DNA from: Paraspadella gotoi
Taxonomy: Eukaryota > Animalia > Chaetognatha
Direction of reading: 5' to 3'
Assembly: GCA_051294375.1 (NCBI GenBank)
Contig: CM119265.1
Coordinates: forward strand, 25,382,297-25,446,153
Length of the DNA stretch: 63,857 bases
Part shown: in pieces, positions 52,431 through 63,857 of the stretch
Layout of the letters: the number at the start of each line of letters is the position of its first letter
Position numbering within the stretch: position 1 is the first letter of the stretch
Made by a program: the position numbers and the translations under genes
Notes under the pieces: generated by a model
What the model was told of the DNA's origin: nothing
The model's database searches: none
Seen by the model: only the letters and a program-made list of their open reading frames with translations

Positions 52431-55400
52431 CCATGAAGGATTCAAATCCCAAGAGAGAAATTTAGAAACCTTAAAAATAAACACGGTTCCGCTGGCACTA
52501 AGATAACTGTTTGGGTATGGGATCCTGCTTAGGCCTGTCGAGCTCCGGCTTGCGGAGATATCGAGTAGACCCGCCTGCTGAGGCCAATAGAGACCGTTTT
52601 TGGCCTGACCCGCGGCCAACGCCTGGCCCAGCCGAGAAATTCTGAAGACAACAAGGCGGAGGTATCGAATTTGAGTTCTCCCTTTCAAAGCCTGGGGGGA
52701 GAGGGGGGGATGTAGTGGGCGTGGCGATCATTGTGAAGTCCGAAGAAGGAAAACGGATTTCCCGGGTAAGATGGAAAGAAAACAGCGACAACAACAACAA
52801 CACCAAAAAAGTAAACAAACGACGACGACGACAACGGCAAAGAGAGGAAGCGGCAAGAAACGACAGAAACAACAACACATACAACAACAAAACTACAACA
52901 AAACCAACAACAAAATGTAACGAAAACAAGAACGCTCCAACGAAAACAGAAGCGACACCGACAACGACGCAAAGGGAAAACAACAACAAAAGTCTCATCG
53001 TTAAAACTCAGACTTCATTGGATCGGATAAACGAGCAAGTTAAACCGGGGAGGGGGGAAAGAAATAGCGACTGTGGAGTGGAGAGCGGCATTGGGAGCAG
53101 CATTGGTGAGCGGTAATTGTGAGCGGGCATTGGTGAACGGCATTGGTGAGCGCATTGATGAGCGGCATTGGTGAGAGGCCTTGGTGAGCGCATTGATGAG
53201 CGGCATTGATGAGCGGCATATGTGGAAAAGTAAAGGTGGAACGTGATCGAGAAAAAAGTGATGAGATGTGCCTATATACTTTCATCCATTCGCGAAAAAA
53301 CAATGACGATTTTTCATCTCCCACGCTCAATTTTCTATCTCCACTTTAATTTTCCATCTCCACCTCAATTTCATTCCACCTTAATTTTCCATCTCCCACC
53401 TCATTTCCATCTCCTACTCAATGTTCCATCTCCCACCTCATTTTCCATCTCCCACCTCAATTTTCATCTCCACCTCATTTTTCCATCTTCTACTCCAATT
53501 TTCCATCTCCCACCTCAATTTTCCATCTCTACCTCATTTTTCCATCTCCCACCCATTTTTCCATCTCCCACCTTCATTTTCCATCTCCCACCTCTATTTT
53601 CCATCTCCCACCTCAATTTTCATCTCCCACTCTAATATTTTCATCCCCCACCTAAAATTTTTTATCTCCCACCGCAAGAGACCCGAAGCTTCGACTTTTT
53701 TTAAGAAAAAAAAACCTTTTTACGAAAACTGGTTCGTCATTTTTTCCAAAGACGAAGACGATATATCGGATATAACGATGCAAAAACCAATTTTTTGGTC
53801 TCTTCTTTCATTGGCCGACCAACCGACTGGCGGGTTAATTCATTGGTCAATTGATAAATTTGACGATTCACCGAATTGAAAAACCGCAAAATCTTTAATA
53901 CCTAATTACTAATACTACTATTAAAATCTAAATACCTAATACTATGAAAATTATTTTCACTGACCTAATGACATCTATAATGTTTAATGTACATTTTTAC
54001 GAATTATAAAATATTATTTAGGACAAAGTCAATGACAAAATAAACTTTTTTGAGATCGCTGACGATTCGCTCTCGCCGTCGATGGGTCGTGGCGACAATG
54101 AAGCCGCTGCAGTTGCTCCTGCAGTCGCCGCCTGCAGTCGCCGCCGCCAGTCCCCGCTGCAGTCGACGCCTGCAGTCGCCCCTGCAGTCGCCTCTGCAGT
54201 TCGACGCTGCAGTCGCCGCTGCAGTCGCCCGCCGAAACGGATTCCACCGCCATCGACGCCGCCACAAATGCCGTAATCATGTTCGCCCTTCGAATTAAAC
54301 CGTGGAATCGTAATGGCGTCCATGAAAGGACGACGTGGTGGCGGCGGCGGCGGCTGCAGCGGCAGCGGAATTCGTCTCAATACAGGAAAAACGATCTCAC
54401 GTGAATAGGAGGTGAATTTGAGTATCTCTTACTCACATCCGGTCTTCACTTTGGACCTTAGGACTCAAGCCCGGGAAAAGATCTTTTTTAGGACTGGAGT
54501 CATTGAATTTTTCAGGACCAGATTCCCTGGTATTTTGTCCGTTTGTCCTCTCTTATCTGTCTGTCAGTCTGTCTTGGCGGCAGATTTAATCTTTTTCTCC
54601 CTGTTCTTATTCCCACAAAATCTCGAAGCCAATTCGGGTTTTACCAGCTTTGTTATCGACGTGCAAAAATGGAAAAAAAAACAATAAAGAAAACTGAGAA
54701 GACAAAAAGGAGGGAAAAAAGTGGAATAAGAGAAAATGCTGTTCTTTTTGCAGTATTGGTTTGATTCCAAGCGGAGACCAGAGATTCAGATACATTCATT
54801 CGAGAAAGAGAATTCCATCCCATTTTCTTTTTTCTTTTAAACTTTTTTTTATTCGTGTACAAAGCAGAGAGATATTTTATTTTTCAACAACAACTAATAT
54901 AATGTTTAAACGGACACTTTCGATTCGTTTCTCGTCTACACCAGCTGTGTTGCACATGAAGACGAAAACAATGTTTTCCGTTTAAACAATTTATACCGTT
55001 GTTGTGACAAAAAAACTATCTGTTTTGTACACGTATTCCAAAACGAAAAAGAAAGAGAAAGACATTTAAACTTTTTTTTATTTATTTTTCTAACCAACGG
55101 AAGTTCGACCCATAAAAAGAATTGAGAAATTATTTCACTTAGCTTATGAACTTATGCGTAAGCATCGTTTGATAAATATTTGGTGTCTACAATAGGCTGC
55201 ATACAGTCATTTAAGTTAAAACCTGTCAGATGGTAATCTAAATTCTTCAAATTAATAATACATAATTATATACTTTAATAGTAAAGTAATTAACCAGGAA
55301 AAGGGTACGAAAGAGAGTCCGTGCGGGGCAAACACCTGAACTCTCCGATCTTTTTGGGTTCTGTTGGACTGTATCCCGAATGAATTTCCTTCGCCGAATC

Positions 55401-55558
55401 AAATTATGCACCGAAAATGAAGTAGAAAAATTCGTGTGAAGAAAAAAAAGTAAAAACAAATAAAAAGGAAAAGCAAAATAATATATTCAGTTTACGGCCA
55501 CATATAAAAGCACGAGGAGACGGGCTTCTTTAATATTATTCTCCTACCCCCTCTCTCC

Positions 55559-55647
<89 letters not shown>

Positions 55648-56769
55648 CTTTCCTTACGTTCCTTCCCTTTATTTCTTTCTTCTTCCCTTCCTAGCTTTCC
55701 CCCTCCTCTTTCACTTCCTCTCTCCCCTCTTTTCTCCCCTCTCCCTCTCCTCCCTCCCTCCCCTCCTCCTCCTCTCTCCCAACCTTCCCTTTCCCTCCTG
55801 CTCTTTACCCAATCTCCCTTCCTCCCCTCCCTGTTCCCTCCCTCCCTCATCCCCTCCCTCTCCGATCTCATCCCTCCCTTCTCCCCTCCCCTCTTTCCTC
55901 CTCCCCTCCCTTCCTCCCTCTTCTCTTCCGATCTCCCTCCTCCCTCCCTAACCCTCGGCTTCGCTATTAGCCATTCCTCTCCAGCTGATACTTTATTAGT
56001 TTTCCCCACAGTGATTTTGTCTTTCAATTCACTTCCGACGATTTTTTCGCTCCCGTTTCGATTTTTTCCGCCCAATAATTTATTCGCCTTATCTTCCTTC
56101 TTCTTTTTCTTTCTTCTTTTTCTTTCTTTTTTGTTGTTTTAGGTTTGGACTTATATTTTGGTAGTTGTTGCCCGTAGAGCAACCAAATCTTTTTTTTGTT
56201 GGGTACATTGCTCACAACAATGACAATCTCTATCCTCTCATCTTCTCTCTCCTCTTCCCTCTTCTCTCTCTCTCTCTTCTCTCTTTCTCCTTCCATCCCT
56301 TCCCCTCTTTTCTCTTTTCCCCTTCCCTTTCTCTCTTCTCTCTTCTCTCTTCCCTCTCCTCCTTCTCTCTCCTCACCTCTACACCATCAATTCCACCACG
56401 ATCAAATTACGGTGATCGAAACTTTTCCTCCGACTTTTTTTTTATCACTTTTTTATTTCCCATTCAACTCTCGTTTTACTCCGCGCTCAAAGAATAATTC
56501 GGGGAAAGTGGAAATCTGCTGTTTTTGAAAACGAGTCGTTGTCGTTATTATATGTCGCGAGTCGTCGTCGTCGTCGCGTCGTCGTCGTCCGTCGTCTACT
56601 TCGTCATCGTCCTTGTCAACGTTTAACCTCGTCGCTCGTTATCAAATCGTCGTCACATCACATCGGCCATCGTTGTGGTAACTAACTAAAAATTTATCTA
56701 TCATTATCCTATATTGTTTCTATTACCTATCTATCTACTTCTATCTATCTATCTATCTATCTATACTAT
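43911..56769 (+). repeat. Forward copy C (full length) of the locus
   Basis: Matches copy B to ~46985, then has independent indels; ends in (CTAT)n at a 25-N gap. Confidence 0.93.
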
Positions 56770-56794
56770 NNNNNNNNNNNNNNNNNNNNNNNNN
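56770..56794. other. 25-N placeholder gap (also 33142-33166, 58755-58779, 59763-59787)
   Basis: Each run counts exactly 25 N. Confidence 0.97.
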
Positions 56795-58084
56795 CTATCT
56801 ATCTATCTATCTATCTATCTAACTATCTCTCTCTGTCTCCCTCTCTCTCTGGCTCGTTCTTCATCAGGACGAAAATATAATTATAATTAAAATATAATTT
56901 CCATATTAAAGTACGAATTGATATGACGGCTTTCGAGTTTTAGCCAATTCTTAAGTTTAAAAGATTTGTCTTCTCAGAATTAATGACGCCATAATAATTA
57001 TTACCGTGTTTCCATCAAATCAAATTCCATTTCCTCTTATTCGACCACTCCCTCTTTCACTCCCTCCAATAAATCTGACAACCATTTTTCACAAATATTT
57101 GTGATCTTTGAGATGGAAAATTGGGTGAGGTTTACGAGAAACCGAATCTATATTTACCAACTTTTTCTTGCGATGTTTTTATTTTCTATATTCTTTCGGA
57201 TGGTCTCTTGTGCAAATGTCCATTTTTTTTCTTTTAACTTTCTCTAGTTTCAGTTTCCTTATAGTTAGTCTCTTTCACTTTCACAAATTGGTAGGACAAA
57301 TATTAATATTATCCATTCATTCAGCTATTTTCTTGCCCTTGACTCTGGACAGGCTACGACAATCACAATAACAATAACATGCAAGATTTAAATAAAGACT
57401 CTTTTACAGCCGAGTTTATTAACTCTCAGTATATCGAACCTGTATATAAAGTCCTATAATAAACAGTTTCAATTGTATAAATGGGCCACTCCCTTAAGTA
57501 ATAAATCCGTCTTTTCCGTCATCAACACCGAGGTAAGGTCGCGTGAGAAAAGGAGGTGAGGTCGGGTTCGCGGAAGACGAAGATCGATCCTCATCCCCGC
57601 AAAGAAAAAAAAACCTTTTATGCGTCAGGAAATAAAAAAAAGAAACATTAACTTTGCGCCGTAACTGGTTAACGACAGGCCAAACTGCGAGCGAGAAAAA
57701 AAAAATGATGTTTTCTCTCTTTTTTTTTCCTTCGACCATTAGGTGTCGTTGTTGTTGTTGTTGTTGTCGTCGTCGTCGTCGTCGTCGTCGTTACTTTTCT
57801 TATCATATTCGACAATCGATTTATCAATTTCATATTTGTAAGAAATATGTTTTACTTCGTTGTAGGCTGTTTTTTTTTTTTTTGTTTGTTTTTTTGTTTT
57901 AGAAAGAAGCATTTTTACATAGTCGTTAGCCGCTTACCGCTAACCATTAATTATAAATAACAATCAATGAATAATAAATTCATGATTAACGAATGGCAAA
58001 TGAATAAATAAGATTATAACGAAATGTTTTATTTCCTAAATGAGTTAATATCCAAAGTTTCTCCCCGACAATTTCGCCGGAATT

Positions 58085-58340
58085 CGATTAAAGATGGCGC
58101 TGCGCAGAAATCGAATCTCCTGTTCTTTTGTTCGACTCGATTCTTCATCTCCCCCTTGACTTAGCCAAATATCTTTAGCGTCAAAAAATGTACTTTTTTT
58201 GCCTTTGTGACGTAGAAAGACGTGACGTGCCGAAGTGAGTCAATTTGTTGCAAGGCGTTACATACGTAGGCGTGACATATGGGCCGTCGAGTGACACGTC
58301 GCATAATTTTTGGTCGGAAAGACGTTCGACGTATAAAAAA
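58085..58340 (+). promoter_or_regulatory. Candidate promoter region
   Basis: AAGATGGCG (YY1-like) at 58091 and TGACGT (CRE-like) half-sites in a CpG-rich patch. Confidence 0.3.
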
Positions 58341-58779
58341 TATCTCCTGTCAAAAACAGGAAAAAGAAGAAACTTTTTTTTGCAGTAAACCATTCGATTT
58401 ATTTGCGAAAAAAGATTGAGATTATCTTGAAGGAAAAGTGGGGATATTAAACTCGTCCATCTTTGTTTAAATATATTTTCAATCTATCAGTAACTGATAT
58501 AAATTGTAAATTTTATTACGATATTAATTCCTCGTCAGATTCACTTCATTTAGCCTCGACTTATGTTTATTCAGGCTGTACTTATATTCATTCAGCCTTG
58601 AATAAAAATCATTCAGACTCGACTTATATTAATTTAGCCTCGACCTATATTCAGAAAAAAAAAAGACTTAAGAAAGAGGCTCACCCTCCCCTTAAATTCG
58701 TCCTTTCAGCGCCTAGTCTCCTTCGGCCTCAAATCGGCCGGAAATTCGAGCCGANNNNNNNNNNNNNNNNNNNNNNNNN

Positions 58780-61095
58780 GCGCCATCAAAACATGAAGAG
58801 CAATGTGCGCGCGCTCCGCTTATCGTTTTTCCCCCCCCCCCCGCCCCCCTTACTATCCCGTGCCCCTTCTTGGTGATCCCCCAGAAGGGGTCCCCCCCCA
58901 ACTCCGGCCCCCCAACTCTTCCTCTTTATCTCTTCGCCTCAATCGCGACAAGTCGTTTCATATCTTGCCATAGTCAAGGACTTCTTTTTTATAAATTGCC
59001 TTAGGTGCACATCATTGCGCTCTCTTCTTTCAATGCCCACGGTTGCCCCCCCCCACCCGTTGTCGGCTCCTCCTTACAGTATCTCCCTTCTATCCTTTCT
59101 TTCTCTCTATATACTTACATACTCTACTATACTATACTATATACTATACAACTATCTATACTCGTATACTATACTAAGGCCTCGCTATTAATCACAAAAC
59201 TGTCCAAAGTGGAACAATGATAGCTTATTTATAAATGAAAATAAAATTTATTAATTGGTTGTACCAATTTAATTTCTATACTTTGACTAATGTACTTACT
59301 ATACTATAATAAACTATACTACACGTATACAATATTCACTCCTTCTCCTTCCCTGCCCCCCTGCCTTCCTTTCTCTTCAAATTTCACCCCACTTACCCTT
59401 AATTGCCCTGCATTCTCTCCGTTCTTTCTCAACCCCTCCCCCTCATATTAACTTCTTACGAACTCCCCCCTCCCCCTTTTGTCGCGTCTCTCCCGCATCC
59501 GACGACGCCCTCTACTTCCGGCTTCATCGGCGCCGGGGATTTCCGCAAGGAGAAGGAGTGATTATTATTGTATAGTGTAGTATAGTTTATTATAGTATAG
59601 TAAAGTACAGTATAGTAAAGTATGAAATTAAATTGGTACAACCAATATAAAAATTATCCTTTCATTTAATAAATAAGCTATCTTGATCTCACTTTGGACA
59701 GGTTTTGGTGATTTATAGCAGAGGCCTTAGTATAGTATAATATAGAATAGTATAATATATAGNNNNNNNNNNNNNNNNNNNNNNNNNGGAAATAAGAAGA
59801 AGAAAGGCGAGCCTTTATCCAAAAACACTGCTTAAAATCATCCTTGAATTCTTACAGCCGGCGCGTCAAATAAAAAAAATTTGTTCCCCATTCCAACAAT
59901 GAAGAGCAATGTGCCGCGCTTCCCTTATCGGTTTCCTCCCCCCCCCGCCCCCCTTTATCACGGGTGGCCCCTTTTTGTGGATCCTCCAGAAGGGGTCCGC
60001 CCCCAACTCCGCCCCCAACTCTTCCTCTTTATCTCTTCCCCTCAATCGCGACAATGTCGTTTCTATCTGCAATAGTCAAGTGACTCTTTTTATTAAAGGC
60101 TATTGCACATCATTGCGCTCCTTCATGCCACGTGCCCCCCCCAACCCTGTGGCTCTCCTACAGATTTATCCCTCTACCTCTCTCTACTATCTACCATACT
60201 ATACCTATACTATACTATAACTACTTATCTATCATATATGTATACTATACTAAGCCTCTGCTATAAATCACCCAAAACCTGATCCAAAAGTAAGAATCAG
60301 ATAAGCTTATATTAAATGAAAAGGATGACAAATTATATGGTATGTACCAATTAATTTCATACTTATATACTGACTTACTATAAAAACATATACACGTTAA
60401 TAATCACTCCTTCTCCTCCCTGCCCCCCCGGCCTTCCCCTCCCTCCAACATTCACCAACTTAACCCTGTAATCCCTGCTCTCGGTCCCCTACTTTCCTCA
60501 ACCCCCTCCCCTCATATATTCTCTTACGGATCTCCCCCCCTCCACCTTTGCCGTCTCTCCCGCCATCCGACGACGCCCTGCGACTTCCGGCCATCGGCGC
60601 GGATCCGCTTCGGCTCGAATTCCGGCCATGACGAAGAGACCTCGGCGCTGAAGGACGAATATAAGGAGGTGACCTCTCTTAAGTCTTTTCTGAATATAGT
60701 CGAGGCTAAATTAAATAAGTCGATCTAATGATTTTATTCAAGGCTGAATATAAACAGCCTAATAAACTAAGTCGAGGCTAAATGAAGATCTGAGAGAATA
60801 ATACGTAATAAAAACATTAACGTACTATAAAAAATTAATAAACAAACGAATACCCACTCCCAAATATCTCGCACTTCCATAAACAATGCAAAAAAAATCT
60901 CCGACAATATATCAACCACCATAGCGACCGTACATCCCCCATATTCACGGCCTTAGCCAAAACAAACTTCACAACACGCAGTCTCGAACGTCACAACAAA
61001 AAAAACATGCCAAGCTACGCTAAGTCAAAAGAAAATCGAGCGAGACAAAGACAGAGACGAGCGCGCAGCGCCATCTAATCGAACCGCGGAAATGA
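58780..61095. repeat. Locally duplicated/inverted noisy sequence
   Basis: 58780-59535 resembles 59890-60600; 59547-59762 is the rc of ~59150-59350; 60610-61095 is a degraded rc of ~58070-58754. Confidence 0.88.
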
Positions 61096-61099
61096 AAAA

Positions 61100-61134
<35 letters not shown>

Positions 61135-61344
61135 ACATCAGCGACCAAATTAAATTTAATGAACTCGATTCAATAGAGATATTCCAGTTCATTCGTCGCT
61201 AGAATTCATTGCCAAGTTTTTGTCTTTCAAAAAAGTTCTGCCATCTGCTATTGATGGTTATGCCACACAATTTAGTTCGCCATGTAAGCTTCTGCCATTT
61301 AAATCTGGCCCTTCAAACTACTGCCATTATATTAGACCTTTTAT

Positions 61345-61581
61345 ACTTCTGCCATTTCATCTCACCATTTAAACTTCTGCCATTTCATCTCGCCATTTAA
61401 ACTTCTGCCATTTCATCTCGCCATTCAAACTTCTGCCATTTCATCTCGCCATTCAAACTTCTGCCATTTCATCTCGCCATTCAAACTTCAGCCATTTCAT
61501 CTCGCCATTCAAACTTCTGCCATTTCATCTCGCCATTCAAACTTCTGCCATTTTATCTCGCCATTCAAACTTTTGCCATTT
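61345..61581 (+). repeat. 28-bp minisatellite AAACTTCTGCCATTTCATCTCGCCATTC
   Basis: About 8 near-identical tandem units with more degenerate GCCATT units upstream. Confidence 0.95.
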
Positions 61582-61916
61582 AGTCCAGCACGGCACCGTT
61601 AAGCTCTTAACGACTCTTTCCCTCCACGGGCGACATCAACCAAAGTTTTGTTGTTATCCTTCGTCGCCTCTAGTCGTTGTCGTTGTTGTTGTCGTTGTTG
61701 TTGTTATTTTTTCGCGGATGTGAACTTTGTGAGCGGCACAAAAACAGGTATTTAAAAAAAGGAAATAAGAAAGTAACACTTATTATTATGCACGCATAGA
61801 TATATATATATACAATGTATATTATACATACAAAATTTGATAAATTACCTATGACGTTGTATATATGGGCTAAACAATGAGAACTGGATTTAAGGCCGTC
61901 GACAATAACACCGAAC

Positions 61917-62122
61917 CTGACAACCACTCTGTCATTGATAGTAAGACTCTCACTATCACTGACAACCACTCTGTCACCCATAGTAGGACTGTCACTATCA
62001 CTGTCACAGTACCTGACATTACGACTGACACTATCACTGACAACTCTATCACCGACTGTAAGACTGACGCAAAAACAGACGTTGACAGTGACACATTCAC
62101 TGACAAGTGTCACTTTCACTGA
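61917..62122 (+). repeat. Degenerate ~42-bp tandem repeat (CACTATCACTGACAACCACTCTGTCA)
   Basis: Repeated CTGACAAC / CACTATCACTG motifs. Confidence 0.65.
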
Positions 62123-62589
62123 TATTTGTCACCGGAATAATTCTATCTCCTTTCTCTCGAAGGAAGACTGACGAGCGACGAATGAGATGTCAATAAGAGA
62201 TAATGGAAACCGACGGGTGGTAAATGCCATTCGACGGCGTGTGGTAAATGCCATTCGACGGCGAACGAAGACGAAATCACCGCCTCTCTCATTTTTTTTT
62301 CACTTCCTTTCGCTGGTACCGTGACAATTTCGTGTCACGCGGGAGACACGGCCTCTAAAATGTGTCTTCGCGTCTCGGGGTCCTCGAGTCACGCTTGTCT
62401 GATTACCGTGACAGCGTGACACATTTTCATCCGCCGTGAAAATAAAAAAGCGTCACAGCGTTTCATCGACCGTGAAAACGAAGCGTGAAGAACGTCACAC
62501 CAACGCGAGAGTTTGGAAGGGCGTGACATCGAACGTTGACGTCGCCGCCGCTGCCGCTGCTGCTGCCGACGCCGTAGGTGTCAAAGTTT

Positions 62590-62592
<3 letters not shown>

Positions 62593-62631
<39 letters not shown>
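62593..62631 (+). repeat. (GAC)n microsatellite
   Basis: Perfect run. Confidence 0.95.
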
Positions 62632-62632
<1 letters not shown>

Positions 62633-62776
62633 CGAACGACGAGCACAAAGGCGACGATCAAACGTTTGTTTATGCTTTACGATCAACACAACAACGTCTG
62701 ACGGACTGTGAAATAGAGCCTCACAAAAACGGGGCGCTCAGTCTGTGACACGCCTCACTGTGACACGCCGGTTCAA

Positions 62777-63094
62777 NNNNNNNNNNNNNNNNNNNNNNNN
62801 NNNNNNNNNNNNNNNNNNNNNNNNNNNNNNNNNNNNNNNNNNNNNNNNNNNNNNNNNNNNNNNNNNNNNNNNNNNNNNNNNNNNNNNNNNNNNNNNNNNN
62901 NNNNNNNNNNNNNNNNNNNNNNNNNNNNNNNNNNNNNNNNNNNNNNNNNNNNNNNNNNNNNNNNNNNNNNNNNNNNNNNNNNNNNNNNNNNNNNNNNNNN
63001 NNNNNNNNNNNNNNNNNNNNNNNNNNNNNNNNNNNNNNNNNNNNNNNNNNNNNNNNNNNNNNNNNNNNNNNNNNNNNNNNNNNNNNNNNNNNNN
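62777..63094. other. Assembly gap (N run)
   Basis: N run. Confidence 1.
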
Positions 63095-63601
63095 TCCCTC
63101 TCTATCCCACTTTATATTCTTATCCTCACTTCCCTCTCCCTCACTGTCTCCCTCTCCCTCATGACTCGACTCCCTCTCTATCCCGCTTCAAATTCCCCTC
63201 CTCTCTTCCCTCCCTCGAAGCGTCTCTCTCTCTCTTCTCAGGTTTTAACTATTTATGGCTTCTCAATTTTCGTTGACTTTTTTGAGGCAAAACGAAAAAA
63301 AAAGAAGAAATTTTTAAGAGGAAAATATTGATTGAGTCTTTAGCATTTTGAAGGATTCATACTTGATGTCTTTTCCCCTCCTACCTTGTGTTTGTTGTTG
63401 TTATAATTTTAGTTGTTGTTGTAGTTGCCGTGGACGTCGTCGTTGATTTCGTCATCATCTTCGTCGTCTCTGTCAATCTTTCCGATCGAAGTCTCTCACA
63501 TCATAAATGACACTGACGCATTTATTGTCATTTCAACTGTCGTCATATTTCCATTGCTGTCAGCCTGTCAATAACATTCCTTTTACTTTGTTCGAAGACG
63601 T

Positions 63602-63766
63602 TTAGCGCGTCTTGTTGTTGTCCTCGCTTCCGTTACAGTCAGCCTCGTCGTCTTCGTTGTCATCATTTTCATCATCATCATCTTTGTCATAATCATTATT
63701 GTCGTCATCCTCTTCATCATCATCACCATCATCATCATTGTCGTCGTCCTCGTTCTCGATTTCCAT
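63602..63766 (-). repeat. Degenerate (GAT/GAC)n tract, short acidic minus-strand frame
   Basis: MEIENEDDDNDDDGDDDEEDDD...EDNNKTR*; probably low complexity. Confidence 0.7.
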
Positions 63767-63857
63767 CGCAAAGTGTTTCTACGAGTCGCTCCGGACATTT
63801 GAAGAAAACATCTCCATCTTTCTTTCCCTTTTATTTTTTCCTTCTGTCTCTTTTCTT

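Noticed and set aside
15571-56769. Real breakage-fusion-bridge or palindromic amplification, or a giant inverted-repeat element
   Set aside because: Indel-dominated differences, duplicated error patterns, satellite junctions and 25-N gaps all point to assembly; read data are still needed to exclude it fully.

Overview
Eukaryotic (probably invertebrate) genomic scaffold, AT-rich and full of micro- and minisatellites. I recognise no known gene, RNA gene or CRISPR array, and almost every ORF in the track is a repeat translation. About 50 kb (6292-56769) consists of five partial or full copies of one ~12.6 kb locus in alternating orientation (+,-,+,-,+). The copies differ mostly by 1-bp indels, yet one ~7.5 kb block is repeated with the same errors. 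Junctions fall in satellites and four gaps are exactly 25 N. This is best explained as a noisy long-read gap-filling artefact, not a real amplification; a smaller case sits at 58070-61095. The real biology underneath appears to be: a low-confidence multi-exon + strand gene in the repeated unit, three RFX X-boxes with YY1-like motifs at 2275-4411, a foldback MITE with a target-site duplication, two Helentron/HINE-like elements, several minisatellites, and a possible second gene start near 58-60 kb. I found no convincing novel biological system.
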